Shown: positions 8,368-16,188 of the stretch, in pieces | Position numbering within the stretch: the stretch's first letter is position 1 | Layout of the letters: every line of letters starts with the position of its first letter | DNA from: an uncultured Limosilactobacillus sp. | GTDB taxonomy: Bacteria > Bacillota > Bacilli > Lactobacillales > Lactobacillaceae | Direction: 5' to 3' | Length of the DNA stretch: 64,000 nt | Assembly: GCA_944327195.1 (NCBI GenBank) | Contig: CALVGV010000002.1 | Span: 14,337 to 78,336, forward strand | Notes under the pieces: model-generated | Told to the model about the DNA's origin: nothing | Database searches by the model: none | The model's input: only the letters and a program-made list of their open reading frames with translations | Made by a program: the position numbers and the translations under genes

Positions 8368-9408
8368 ATGGAAACTGCAGAAGAAAAGTTTGGCCAGTTC
8401 AAGGGCCAAGACGTCATCAAGTACACGCTGACCAACGCCAACCAGGTTAGCATCAGCGTCCTCAACTACGGGGGGATCTGGCAAGGCTACCTGGTTCCGG
8501 GCAAGGACGGCAAGCGCCACAACCTGCTGCTAAGTGCCGATAGCTTCGCCGCCTACCAGGAGGCCGGCTACAGCATCAACCGGGTGATCGGGCCAACCGC
8601 CGGCCGGATCGAGCAGGGGCAATTCACCATTGACGGCCAAGACTACCAGGTGGCTACCAACGAAAACGGCAACGCCCTCCACGGGGGCCCAACCGGCTGG
8701 GGCGACGGCTACCTCTGGGACGTGGTCGTCGACGCCAACAACGGGACGATTACCCTGAAGAAGACCTTCACCAAGGAAGACGACTCCTACCCGGCAACGG
8801 TTGAGACCGCCGTCGTTTACACCCTCGGCGAAGACAACAGTGTGACGCTCGACTTCTACGGCGAAAGTGACGCCGCCACCCTCTTCAACCCAACCAACCA
8901 CACCTACTGGAACATTGCCGACGAGGATGCGCCAACCGTTGAGGGGCTCGACTTGCAGATCAACTCGACCCACCACCTGGCGGTCAAGGACGGCAAGTTG
9001 CCAACCGGCGAGCTGATCGCCAACGCCAACAGCGCCTACGACTTCAAGCAAATGAACAGCCTCGGCGATGCCCTGAACGAAATGCTGAAGACCCCGGAAA
9101 AGGGCTTTGACGACTACTTCGTGGTTACGCCAAGCACCACCCTGGACCACGAGCCGATCGCCGTTCTCCACGACCAAAAGTCTGGCCGGACGCTGAAGAT
9201 GTACTCCGACCGCAACGGCTTGGTCATGTTCTCGACCGACGGGATGGGCGACCAGGTTCACCTCAACCGGCCGGGCCGGCCGTGGATGGCCCTCGCCCTG
9301 GAAGGGCAAACCCTGCCGGACAGCCCGCACCACCCGGCCTTTGGCGACATCACCCTGCGGCCGCTGCAACCAAAGCACTACCAAATCCACTACGAAATCG
9401 AATTCTAA
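8368..9408 (+). CDS. galM: Aldose 1-epimerase (galactose mutarotase) family
   Basis: The NGNALHGGPTGW motif and overall length fit aldose 1-epimerase. ATG 8368 lies 8 nt after GAAGGGGGA and is preferred over 8332. Confidence 0.7.
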   Translation: METAEEKFGQFKGQDVIKYTLTNANQVSISVLNYGGIWQGYLVPGKDGKRHNLLLSADSFAAYQEAGYSINRVIGPTAGRIEQGQFTIDGQDYQVATNENGNALHGGPTGWGDGYLWDVVVDANNGTITLKKTFTKEDDSYPATVETAVVYTLGEDNSVTLDFYGESDAATLFNPTNHTYWNIADEDAPTVEGLDLQINSTHHLAVKDGKLPTGELIANANSAYDFKQMNSLGDALNEMLKTPEKGFDDYFVVTPSTTLDHEPIAVLHDQKSGRTLKMYSDRNGLVMFSTDGMGDQVHLNRPGRPWMALALEGQTLPDSPHHPAFGDITLRPLQPKHYQIHYEIEF

Positions 9409-9548
9409 GATTCACCGCGGCGGCGGGGAGGAAGCCTTCCTCCCCGCCGTTTTTTCTTGCCCCGAGCGCGGGACTTTCAACTTTTTCTGTTTTTCGGTTG
9501 ACAGTTTTTAAAAAGAGTAGCATACTACATTTATTGAAAAAGGAGGCC

Positions 9549-9989
9549 TTGCTCATAGAAACCATCAGCCAAAACATTAAAACCCTCGCCGTCCAGGTCG
9601 ATAAGAAGCTCACCGCCCACCTCAAGGCCCAGGGGATCACCCTCACCGGCACCCAGCTGGCGGTCCTCGGGATGGTCTACGACCGCCACGGCGCCCAGCT
9701 GCTCCAAAAAGAGGTCGAAACCCGCCTCCACCTCAGCCACCCCACCACCCGGGGGATCATCAAGCGGTTGGTCAACCTCCAGCTGTTGGTCACCAGCGCC
9801 CCGGCCACCGACAAGCGCCAGGTGGCCCTCCAATTAACCGAAAGTGGCCGCCAGCTCTTCGCCCACTACCAGCCGGGCCTGACAACTTCAGCCGCTCTCC
9901 TGGAGGAACGCTTGCTGGCCGGACTGACAGACGAGGAAATCGCGACCTTGCGCAAGGTGCTGCCACAAATGGTCGCCAACCTCGCCTAA
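9549..9989 (+). CDS. MarR family transcriptional regulator
   Basis: Winged-helix core QLAVLGMVYDRHGAQLLQKEVETRLHLSHPTTRGIIKRL. The start is ambiguous: TTG 9549 is only 2 nt after AGGAGG, and TTG 9534 is also possible. The long N-terminal extension in the ORF track is rejected. Confidence 0.65.
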   Translation: MLIETISQNIKTLAVQVDKKLTAHLKAQGITLTGTQLAVLGMVYDRHGAQLLQKEVETRLHLSHPTTRGIIKRLVNLQLLVTSAPATDKRQVALQLTESGRQLFAHYQPGLTTSAALLEERLLAGLTDEEIATLRKVLPQMVANLA

Positions 9990-10034
9990 AAATTTTCTCT
10001 AAAAGTGTAGTTCGCTACAGAAAGGATAATCCCC

Positions 10035-11432
10035 ATGCTCACCGAACAATCCCCCGCCCGCCAGCGCAACGCGATGCTCGCCGTCCTCCTCGTCGGCGCC
10101 TTCCTGATGCTGCTGGCCGAAACCTTCTTCAACAACGCCCTGCCAACGATCATCGCCACCTACCGGGTCAGCCAGTCGACCGCCCAGTGGGTCTCCACCG
10201 GCTACCAGCTGGTGGCGGGACTGATGATCCCGTTGTCGGCCTGGCAGTTCCACAACTTCAACCTCAAGAAGACCTACCTCACCCTGGCCAGCATCTTCCT
10301 GACCGGCTGCCTGGTCGGCTTCTTTGCCCCCAACTTTCCCTGCCTCCTGGCGGCGCGGCTGATCCAGGCGATCGCCGCCGGCTCAATGATCCCGCTGATC
10401 CAAAACGTCGTCCTCGTCCTCTACCCGGCCGACAAGCGGGGTGCCTTGATGGGAACGATCGGCCTGGTGGTTGCCTTCGGCCCGGCCCTGGGGCCAACGG
10501 TCGGGGGCCTGATCATTGACTCGCTCGGCCTCGACTGGCTCTTCGGCGTCCTGATCCCGCTCACCCTGGTCCTGATCATTCTGACCTGCTTCCTCGTCCA
10601 CCCGGTGCAGAGTCAGGCCGCCGTCGCCGTCGACTGGCCGTCGATTGCCGCCTCCTCGCTCGGCTTCGGCGCCCTCCTCTACGGCTTCTCGGCGATCGGC
10701 AACGCCGGGGAAGTCACCACCGGCAGCTTGGTGGCGATCCTGGTCGGCATGGTCATCCTCTTCTGGTTCTGCCGCCGCCAGTTGAAAATTGAAAATCCCT
10801 TGATCGAGCTGCGGGTCTTCAAGAACCCGACCTTTGATTTGGCCACCCTCCTCTCGGCCCTCAGCAACATCGCCCTCCTCGGGGTGGAACTGGTCCTTCC
10901 CCTCTACCTGCAACGGGTCCGCGGCCTCTCCGCCCTTGACTCCGGCCTCCTCCTCTTGCCGGGGGCGGTCCTGGAAGGCCTGCTCAGCCCGGTTTCCGGC
11001 AAGCTCTTCGACCGCTTCGGCATCCGGCCGGTGGCGATCGGTGGCTTTGCCATCGTTGCCCTCGGTACCCTGCCGATGCTCTTCTTCACCACCCACACCA
11101 GCCTGGTCTGGGTGGCCCTCACCTACGCCTTCCGGATCGTCGGCGTAGCGATCGTGATGATGCCAACCTTCACCGAGGGGATCAACGCCCTCTCCCCGCA
11201 ACTGGCCGTCCACGGCAACGCCGCCTCCTCAACCGTTCGTCAAATCGCCGGCTCCCTGGGAACGGCCCTCTTGATGACGATGGTCGCCTTTGGCACCAAC
11301 AGCGCCAGCGTCGCCCACGCCTCTGCCGCCAGCCGGCTGGTCCACGGCTACTGGTTCGCCTTTTTAATCGCCTTCTTGATGGCCCTCCTCGGCTTCGTCC
11401 TCTCCTTCTGGACCGGGCGGAACAAGAATTAA
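10035..11432 (+). CDS. MFS transporter, DHA2 (EmrB/QacA-like, 14-TM) efflux family
   Basis: 465 aa and highly hydrophobic, with a typical MFS N-terminus. It lies immediately downstream of marR. Confidence 0.8.
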   Translation: MLTEQSPARQRNAMLAVLLVGAFLMLLAETFFNNALPTIIATYRVSQSTAQWVSTGYQLVAGLMIPLSAWQFHNFNLKKTYLTLASIFLTGCLVGFFAPNFPCLLAARLIQAIAAGSMIPLIQNVVLVLYPADKRGALMGTIGLVVAFGPALGPTVGGLIIDSLGLDWLFGVLIPLTLVLIILTCFLVHPVQSQAAVAVDWPSIAASSLGFGALLYGFSAIGNAGEVTTGSLVAILVGMVILFWFCRRQLKIENPLIELRVFKNPTFDLATLLSALSNIALLGVELVLPLYLQRVRGLSALDSGLLLLPGAVLEGLLSPVSGKLFDRFGIRPVAIGGFAIVALGTLPMLFFTTHTSLVWVALTYAFRIVGVAIVMMPTFTEGINALSPQLAVHGNAASSTVRQIAGSLGTALLMTMVAFGTNSASVAHASAASRLVHGYWFAFLIAFLMALLGFVLSFWTGRNKN

Positions 11433-11578
11433 GCTGGGAAGAAAGGTTCAAAGTGCTCCGGACAGCTAATTGAGGGCGGGCTTTGGCACGGGACGGGCCA
11501 GAGTTCGTTCTTGCGCAGCTGCTCGGAGCGCTCTTTCTTCCCGCGATTACAGTGTAATATTCGAAAGGCAACAAAAAT

Positions 11579-11612
11579 GGATGGGAAGAAGCGCGTTTCT
11601 TCCCATCCATTT
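11579..11612 (-). terminator. Intrinsic terminator containing the shared core GGGAAGAAGCGCGTTTCTTCCC
   Basis: Hairpin GGATGGGAAGAAGCGCGTTTCTTCCCATCC, followed on the minus strand by a U-run (plus-strand AAAAAT at 11573-11578). The same 22-nt core recurs at about 19567-19590. Confidence 0.65.
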
Positions 11613-11613
11613 G

Positions 11614-12477
11614 TTAATAGCGGCCGGCCCGGCTAGTCGGCTTGGCCTCGTCTTCCTTTTCCTTGTAGGCGAGGAAGGCCTGGAGGCCGAAGTCGCCGTC
11701 GGTCAAAATCGTCGTGTCGCGGCGGCCGGCAATCTTGCGCGGCCCGCCGGTGACGAAGAGCTGGGCCAGGTAGAGGCGGTACTGCTGGCGGGCGGCGTGG
11801 GCGTCGGTCAGGCCAACCTTGGTGATGTGGCCGACCTTGACCTTCTCCATCTCGTTGATCCCGGCGTAGATCTCCAAGCGGTGGCGGCGCGGTTCATGCA
11901 CCAGCTCGTAGTAGGGCAGGGTCTGACCCTGGTTTAAGGCCATCACCGGCTGGCGGGTCTCGCGGTACTCGCTGAGGATCTGCTCCTCACTCTTGCCGTC
12001 GTACTCGGCGAAGAGCACCTTGTCGGCCACCAGCTGGTCCACCAGGTTGCGCAGGTTCTTCTGCTCGGTCGCGTCGATCGCCACGTTGGCCTCGACCGTG
12101 TCCTGGTCGCTGTAGTAGCCGTTGGCCTGGTTGAGGTGCTGGCGGCCGCCGGCGCGGCGGCGCGGCATCTTGCCGGTTTCGGCGTCCGGCGCCGTCCCGG
12201 TCACCTTGATCAGCCAGGGGGACAAGAAGTCCAGCCGCGAGGTCCGGTTCAGGAAGTAGTAGACCGCGTTTAGGTAGAGGTAGTAGGTCAAAAGGACCAC
12301 CGCCAAGAAGTAGAGGAAGCCCCGCATCCAGGCCTTGTTCATCAACAGGCGGGCGGTGACGTAGATCAGGTAACCATCCCCGAGGAAGGCGATGATCACG
12401 TAGATCTTGTTCTTTAGCTTCGGCTTGATGTTGAAGTAGCTCAGCGAGCTATTGATCATGTCGAGGAAACTAAACAT
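11614..12477 (-). CDS. Hypothetical membrane protein (N-terminal TM helices plus a soluble C-terminal domain)
   Basis: 287 aa ORF with host-like codon usage. I recognise no family motif. Confidence 0.6.
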   Translation of the reverse strand: MFSFLDMINSSLSYFNIKPKLKNKIYVIIAFLGDGYLIYVTARLLMNKAWMRGFLYFLAVVLLTYYLYLNAVYYFLNRTSRLDFLSPWLIKVTGTAPDAETGKMPRRRAGGRQHLNQANGYYSDQDTVEANVAIDATEQKNLRNLVDQLVADKVLFAEYDGKSEEQILSEYRETRQPVMALNQGQTLPYYELVHEPRRHRLEIYAGINEMEKVKVGHITKVGLTDAHAARQQYRLYLAQLFVTGGPRKIAGRRDTTILTDGDFGLQAFLAYKEKEDEAKPTSRAGRY

Positions 12478-12488
12478 GCCTTCACCCC

Positions 12489-12956
12489 CTAGTCGCTGGT
12501 CGTCGTGGTGGTGCTATCGCCACCGGTGCTGGTCGTCGAATCGGTGCTGTTGGTCGTGGTCGACGAGGCCGAGCTACTGTTGTTATTGGTCGTCGTGCTG
12601 CTATTGGTCGTCGTCCCGGTGCTCGAGTTGCTGGTGGTACCGGTGGTGCTGTTGCCGGTGCTCTTGGTAGTCGACGAGCTGGTCTTGCTTGCCGAACTCT
12701 CGTCGGTGTCGGTCCCCGATTCGGACGAAGACTTGTCGCTAGCACTGTCGCTGCTGGTCTTGCTACTCTTGTCGCTATCTCCGCTAGCGGATGCGCTTGA
12801 GCCACTGACCGTGCTGGTGGTGCTCGAGCTAGTCGAGGTTACCTTGGCCCCCTCACTTGTGTGGGTCGTTTTGTTCACAACCACGTTGGTTGCCCCGAGG
12901 GCCAGGACCAACGAAACTAAGGCAAAGGGCGTTACGAACGGTGGGGTCTTTGCCAT
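12489..12956 (-). CDS. Secreted Ser/Thr-rich low-complexity protein
   Basis: 155 aa. Signal-peptide-like N-terminus (MAKTPPFVTPFALVSLVLALGA), then about 110 aa composed almost entirely of S/T/N/D/G/K. No LPXTG motif and no lipobox Cys. Confidence 0.6.
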   Translation of the reverse strand: MAKTPPFVTPFALVSLVLALGATNVVVNKTTHTSEGAKVTSTSSSTTSTVSGSSASASGDSDKSSKTSSDSASDKSSSESGTDTDESSASKTSSSTTKSTGNSTTGTTSNSSTGTTTNSSTTTNNNSSSASSTTTNSTDSTTSTGGDSTTTTTSD

Positions 12957-13056
12957 TTAAATTCCTCCTCGCGTAGTTACTATTAACTACCATTTTACTA
13001 AACTTCTTTCGGGGAAACCTTTAAGGAAGCTGTAAGTTTTCTGGTTCGCGGCCTGG

Positions 13057-13497
13057 TTAGGCGCGGGCCCGGCAGCTGGCGCAGGTGCCGTAGAGCTCGA
13101 AACTGTGGCCGGTAATCTTGGCCCCGGGCAGCTGCTTGGCAAAGACCTGCGGGTCCCACTCCGGCAGCTGGATTTCAAACACCCGCCCGCACTGTTGGCA
13201 AACGAAGTGGTGGTGGTGGGGCTGCTCGCAGCGGAGCTTAACCGCCCGCCCGTTGGCCCGCCGGGTGATTTCCACCACCCCGAGGTGGGCGAACTCGGTC
13301 AGGTTGCGGTAAATGGTGGCGTGGCTGATCCCCGGGTAGAACTGGCGCATCTGGTCGTCGAGCTCGGTGATGTCGACGTAGCGCTCGCGGCTCTTCACCA
13401 GCAGGTCCACCAGCTGGCGGCGCTGCTTGGTCAGGCGCAGGTGGCCGCCCTTGATCGTCGTCAGGGCGGTGGTCATCAGGTCATCGTTGCTGGTCAT
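13057..13497 (-). CDS. Fur family transcriptional regulator (PerR/Zur-like)
   Basis: 146 aa. DNA-binding HATIYRNL, a HHHHF.CQQC motif and a C-terminal CASC motif. Confidence 0.8.
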   Translation of the reverse strand: MTSNDDLMTTALTTIKGGHLRLTKQRRQLVDLLVKSRERYVDITELDDQMRQFYPGISHATIYRNLTEFAHLGVVEITRRANGRAVKLRCEQPHHHHFVCQQCGRVFEIQLPEWDPQVFAKQLPGAKITGHSFELYGTCASCRARA

Positions 13498-14071
13498 CGG
13501 TTTCCTCCTTTCTGGTCATGAGGGCGGCGGCCACCAGTTGGTCGAGGGTGGCCGTCGTCTGCTTCCAATCGTCGTTTTCAATCACCGTCGCCCGCCCCGC
13601 CAGGGCCGCCGGTAGGCGGAGGTCCCGCTGGAACTCGGCGCTGGCCAGCCGGGAGGCAATCGCCGCCGGGTTATCGCCGCGTTGCTCCAGGCGTTCCTTC
13701 AGCTGGGCCGGGCTGGCCACGGTCAGGTAGAGTACCACCACCTGGGTGTTGAGCTGGTTGCAGTAGGTGACCGCCCCGGCGGTGTCGAGGACGATCACCG
13801 CTCCCGGGTGGCCGGCCAGGGCCCGGTCGAGCCCCTCGCGCGAGGACCCGTAGGCGTGGTGGTCGTACTCCACTTTCTCCAGGAGGTGGAGGCGGGCAAA
13901 GCTGGCCGGATTCTCGAAGTAGTAGTCGCGGCCGTTTACCTCGCCCGCCCGCGGTGGCCGGGTGGTGTGGGTCACCACCTTGGCTAGGTGAAAGTGGTCC
14001 ATTAAGTAGTGCTGGACGGTCGTCTTGCCGCTGCCGGCCGGGCCGCAGAGCACGAAGACCGGCTTTTCCAT
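13481..14071 (-). CDS. Guanylate kinase-like P-loop kinase
   Basis: P-loop GPAGSGKTT, plus THTTRPPRAGEVNGRDYYF typical of the guanylate kinase fold. Its 3' end overlaps the fur start by 17 nt. Confidence 0.7.
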   Translation of the reverse strand: MEKPVFVLCGPAGSGKTTVQHYLMDHFHLAKVVTHTTRPPRAGEVNGRDYYFENPASFARLHLLEKVEYDHHAYGSSREGLDRALAGHPGAVIVLDTAGAVTYCNQLNTQVVVLYLTVASPAQLKERLEQRGDNPAAIASRLASAEFQRDLRLPAALAGRATVIENDDWKQTTATLDQLVAAALMTRKEETDDQQR

Positions 14072-14487
14072 CAGCGGTCGCCCAGGTGGGCAGCCACCTG
14101 GTCAAGCAGGTCCTTGAGGTTGTCGTAGGTCAACCGTTGGCGGGCCGCCTGGTAGGGAAGCCAGGCGTAGTCTTTGATCTCTTCCTTTTGACGGCTGATC
14201 TCGGCCGTCCCCGTCAGTTCGGCGGTGAAGAGGGTCATTTCCTTGTGGTTGCCGTTGGGCAGGTCGTACTCGGTCTTGACCGCAAAGTTGGTGTCGATCG
14301 GCGGCTGGAGGGTGGTTTCCTCGCGGATCTCGCGCTGGGCGGTGGCGAGCAGGTCCTCGTCGCCCTCAACGTGCCCCTTGGGGAAGCCCCAGAAGTGGCC
14401 GGGGTTCATGCTTTGCAAGAGCAGGTACTCGATGCCGGTGGCGGTGCGCCGGTAAACCACGGCGCCGCTGGTGCGTTCAATTGCCAT
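14071..14487 (-). CDS. NUDIX hydrolase
   Basis: Nudix box GHVEGDEDLLATAQREIREET. ATG 14487 lies 7 nt after GGAGGAG and is preferred over the track start at 14577. The stop overlaps the kinase ATG by 1 nt. Confidence 0.8.
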   Translation of the reverse strand: MAIERTSGAVVYRRTATGIEYLLLQSMNPGHFWGFPKGHVEGDEDLLATAQREIREETTLQPPIDTNFAVKTEYDLPNGNHKEMTLFTAELTGTAEISRQKEEIKDYAWLPYQAARQRLTYDNLKDLLDQVAAHLGDR

Positions 14488-14610
14488 TATGTCTCTCCTC
14501 CTAAAAAACTCACTGCCCCTATTGTCAGCGTCCCGCCAAGGAAAAGCAATTAAATTTCCCCAATTCCCCCGCGGCAACGGAAAATTTTCCGGCCCTCGCC
14601 GCCACTCTCA

Positions 14611-14639
14611 TTGACTTTTAATTTCCTCTTAATTAAAAT
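14611..14639 (+). promoter_or_regulatory. Sigma-70-type promoter of the amino acid permease gene
   Basis: TTGACT, 17 nt, TAAAAT. Confidence 0.55.
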
Positions 14640-14719
14640 TGAAACACCATTATTACCACGTCAGCGGCGTCTGCCGGCCCCTTCCGGCGGCCACTGAAAA
14701 AAGTGGAAGGAGTACTTAC

Positions 14720-16105
14720 ATGAATATTTTCCGCAAAGAAAACCTCGACCGCTACCTCGGGACCGACAAGAACTTCGTCAAGTCCCTGACGGCGGTCGAC
14801 CTGATGGCCCTTGGGATCGGGGCGGTGATCGGGACCGGGATCTTCATCCTCCCCGGCACGGTGGCCGCCCTCGACGCCGGTCCCGGGGTGATCCTGTCCT
14901 TCCTGCTAGCGGCCGTGGTCTGTGCCCTGGCCGGGATGTGCTACGCCGAGTTTTCCTCGGCCCTGCCGGTGGCCGGCTCGGCCTACTCCTACGGCAACGT
15001 CGTCTTCGGCGAAATCATCGGCTGGGTGCTCGGCTGGGCGCTGATCCTCGAGTACATGCTGGCGGTGGCCGCCGTCTCCACCGGCTGGGCCTCCTACTTC
15101 AACTCCCTGCTCTCCTCCTTTGGCCTCGAACTGCCCAAGGCGATCTCGGGGCCCTTCGACCCGGCGCACGGCACCTACCTCAACCTGGTGGCGATCCTGA
15201 TCGTCCTCCTGATCACGGCGATGCTCTCCCGGGGGATGCAGACCTCGGTCCGGGTCAACAACATCGCCGTCGCCATCAAGCTGGCGATCATCGTCGTCTT
15301 CATCGCCGTCGGCCTCTTCTTCATCAAGCCGGCCAACTACCACCCCTTCCTTCCCTACCACTGGAAGGGGGTCTTCACCGGGGCAACGACCGTCTTCTTC
15401 GCCTTCCTCGGCTTTGACTGCGTCTCTTCCTCGGCGGCCGAGGTCAAGAACCCGAAGAAGAACATGACAATCGGCATCATCGGCACCCTGGTGGTCGCCA
15501 CCGTCCTCTACATGGGGGTGGCCGCCGTTCTGGTCGGGATGGTCAAGTACCAGCGGCTCAACGTCGCCAACCCGGTGGCCTTCGCCCTCAAGGCGGTTAA
15601 CCAGGGCTGGCTGGCCGACCTGCTTTCGCTTGGCGCCTTGGTGGGGATGTTCACCATGATGGTGACGATGATCTACTCCAGCTCCCGGCTGGTCTACTCG
15701 ATCGGCCGCGACGGGATGATGCCGACCTTTTTGGCCAAGCTCAACCCGCACACGATGGTCCCCACCCACGCCCTGTGGACGGTGGCAACGATCATCGCCA
15801 TCATGGGCGGGCTGATCTCGCTCGACAACCTGACCAACCTGGTCAACATCGGCACCCTGCTGGCCTTCACCTTCGTTTCCTTCGGCGTGATCCCGCTCCG
15901 CAAGCGCAAGGACATCGACAACCAGGGCGGCTTCAAGGTGCCCCTCTACCCGGTCCTGCCGATCGTTTCCGGGCTCGCCTGCCTGGCGATGATCACGATC
16001 TTGAAGGCCGAAACCCTGATCGGCGGCCTGATCTGGTTTGCGATCGGCCTGGTGATCTACTTCGCCTACGGCTACCGTCACAGCAAGCTCAACCAACAAT
16101 CCTAA
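14720..16105 (+). CDS. APC-family amino acid permease
   Basis: N-terminus MNIFRKENLDRYLGTDKNFVKSLTAVDLMALGIGAVIGTGIF with about 12-13 TM helices. ATG 14720 lies 7 nt after GGAAGGAG. Confidence 0.85.
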   Translation: MNIFRKENLDRYLGTDKNFVKSLTAVDLMALGIGAVIGTGIFILPGTVAALDAGPGVILSFLLAAVVCALAGMCYAEFSSALPVAGSAYSYGNVVFGEIIGWVLGWALILEYMLAVAAVSTGWASYFNSLLSSFGLELPKAISGPFDPAHGTYLNLVAILIVLLITAMLSRGMQTSVRVNNIAVAIKLAIIVVFIAVGLFFIKPANYHPFLPYHWKGVFTGATTVFFAFLGFDCVSSSAAEVKNPKKNMTIGIIGTLVVATVLYMGVAAVLVGMVKYQRLNVANPVAFALKAVNQGWLADLLSLGALVGMFTMMVTMIYSSSRLVYSIGRDGMMPTFLAKLNPHTMVPTHALWTVATIIAIMGGLISLDNLTNLVNIGTLLAFTFVSFGVIPLRKRKDIDNQGGFKVPLYPVLPIVSGLACLAMITILKAETLIGGLIWFAIGLVIYFAYGYRHSKLNQQS

Positions 16106-16110
16106 CCCCC

Positions 16111-16146
16111 ACCGCGGCCGGCACCTTTCCCGGCCGCGGTGTTTTA
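16111..16146 (+). terminator. Intrinsic terminator after the permease gene
   Basis: ACCGCGGCCGG-N8-CCGGCCGCGGT followed by GTTTT. Confidence 0.7.
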
Positions 16147-16188
16147 TAATGGAGAAAAACCCTGCACCGCTTTCAAGGAGGCCTTTCC

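Noticed and set aside
14598-14610. Shared 13-mer CGCCGCCACTCTC next to two promoters (14598-14610 and 52044-52056)
   Set aside because: It occupies different positions relative to the -35/-10 elements at the two sites and there is no further flanking similarity. It could be chance in GC-rich DNA and is not developed further.
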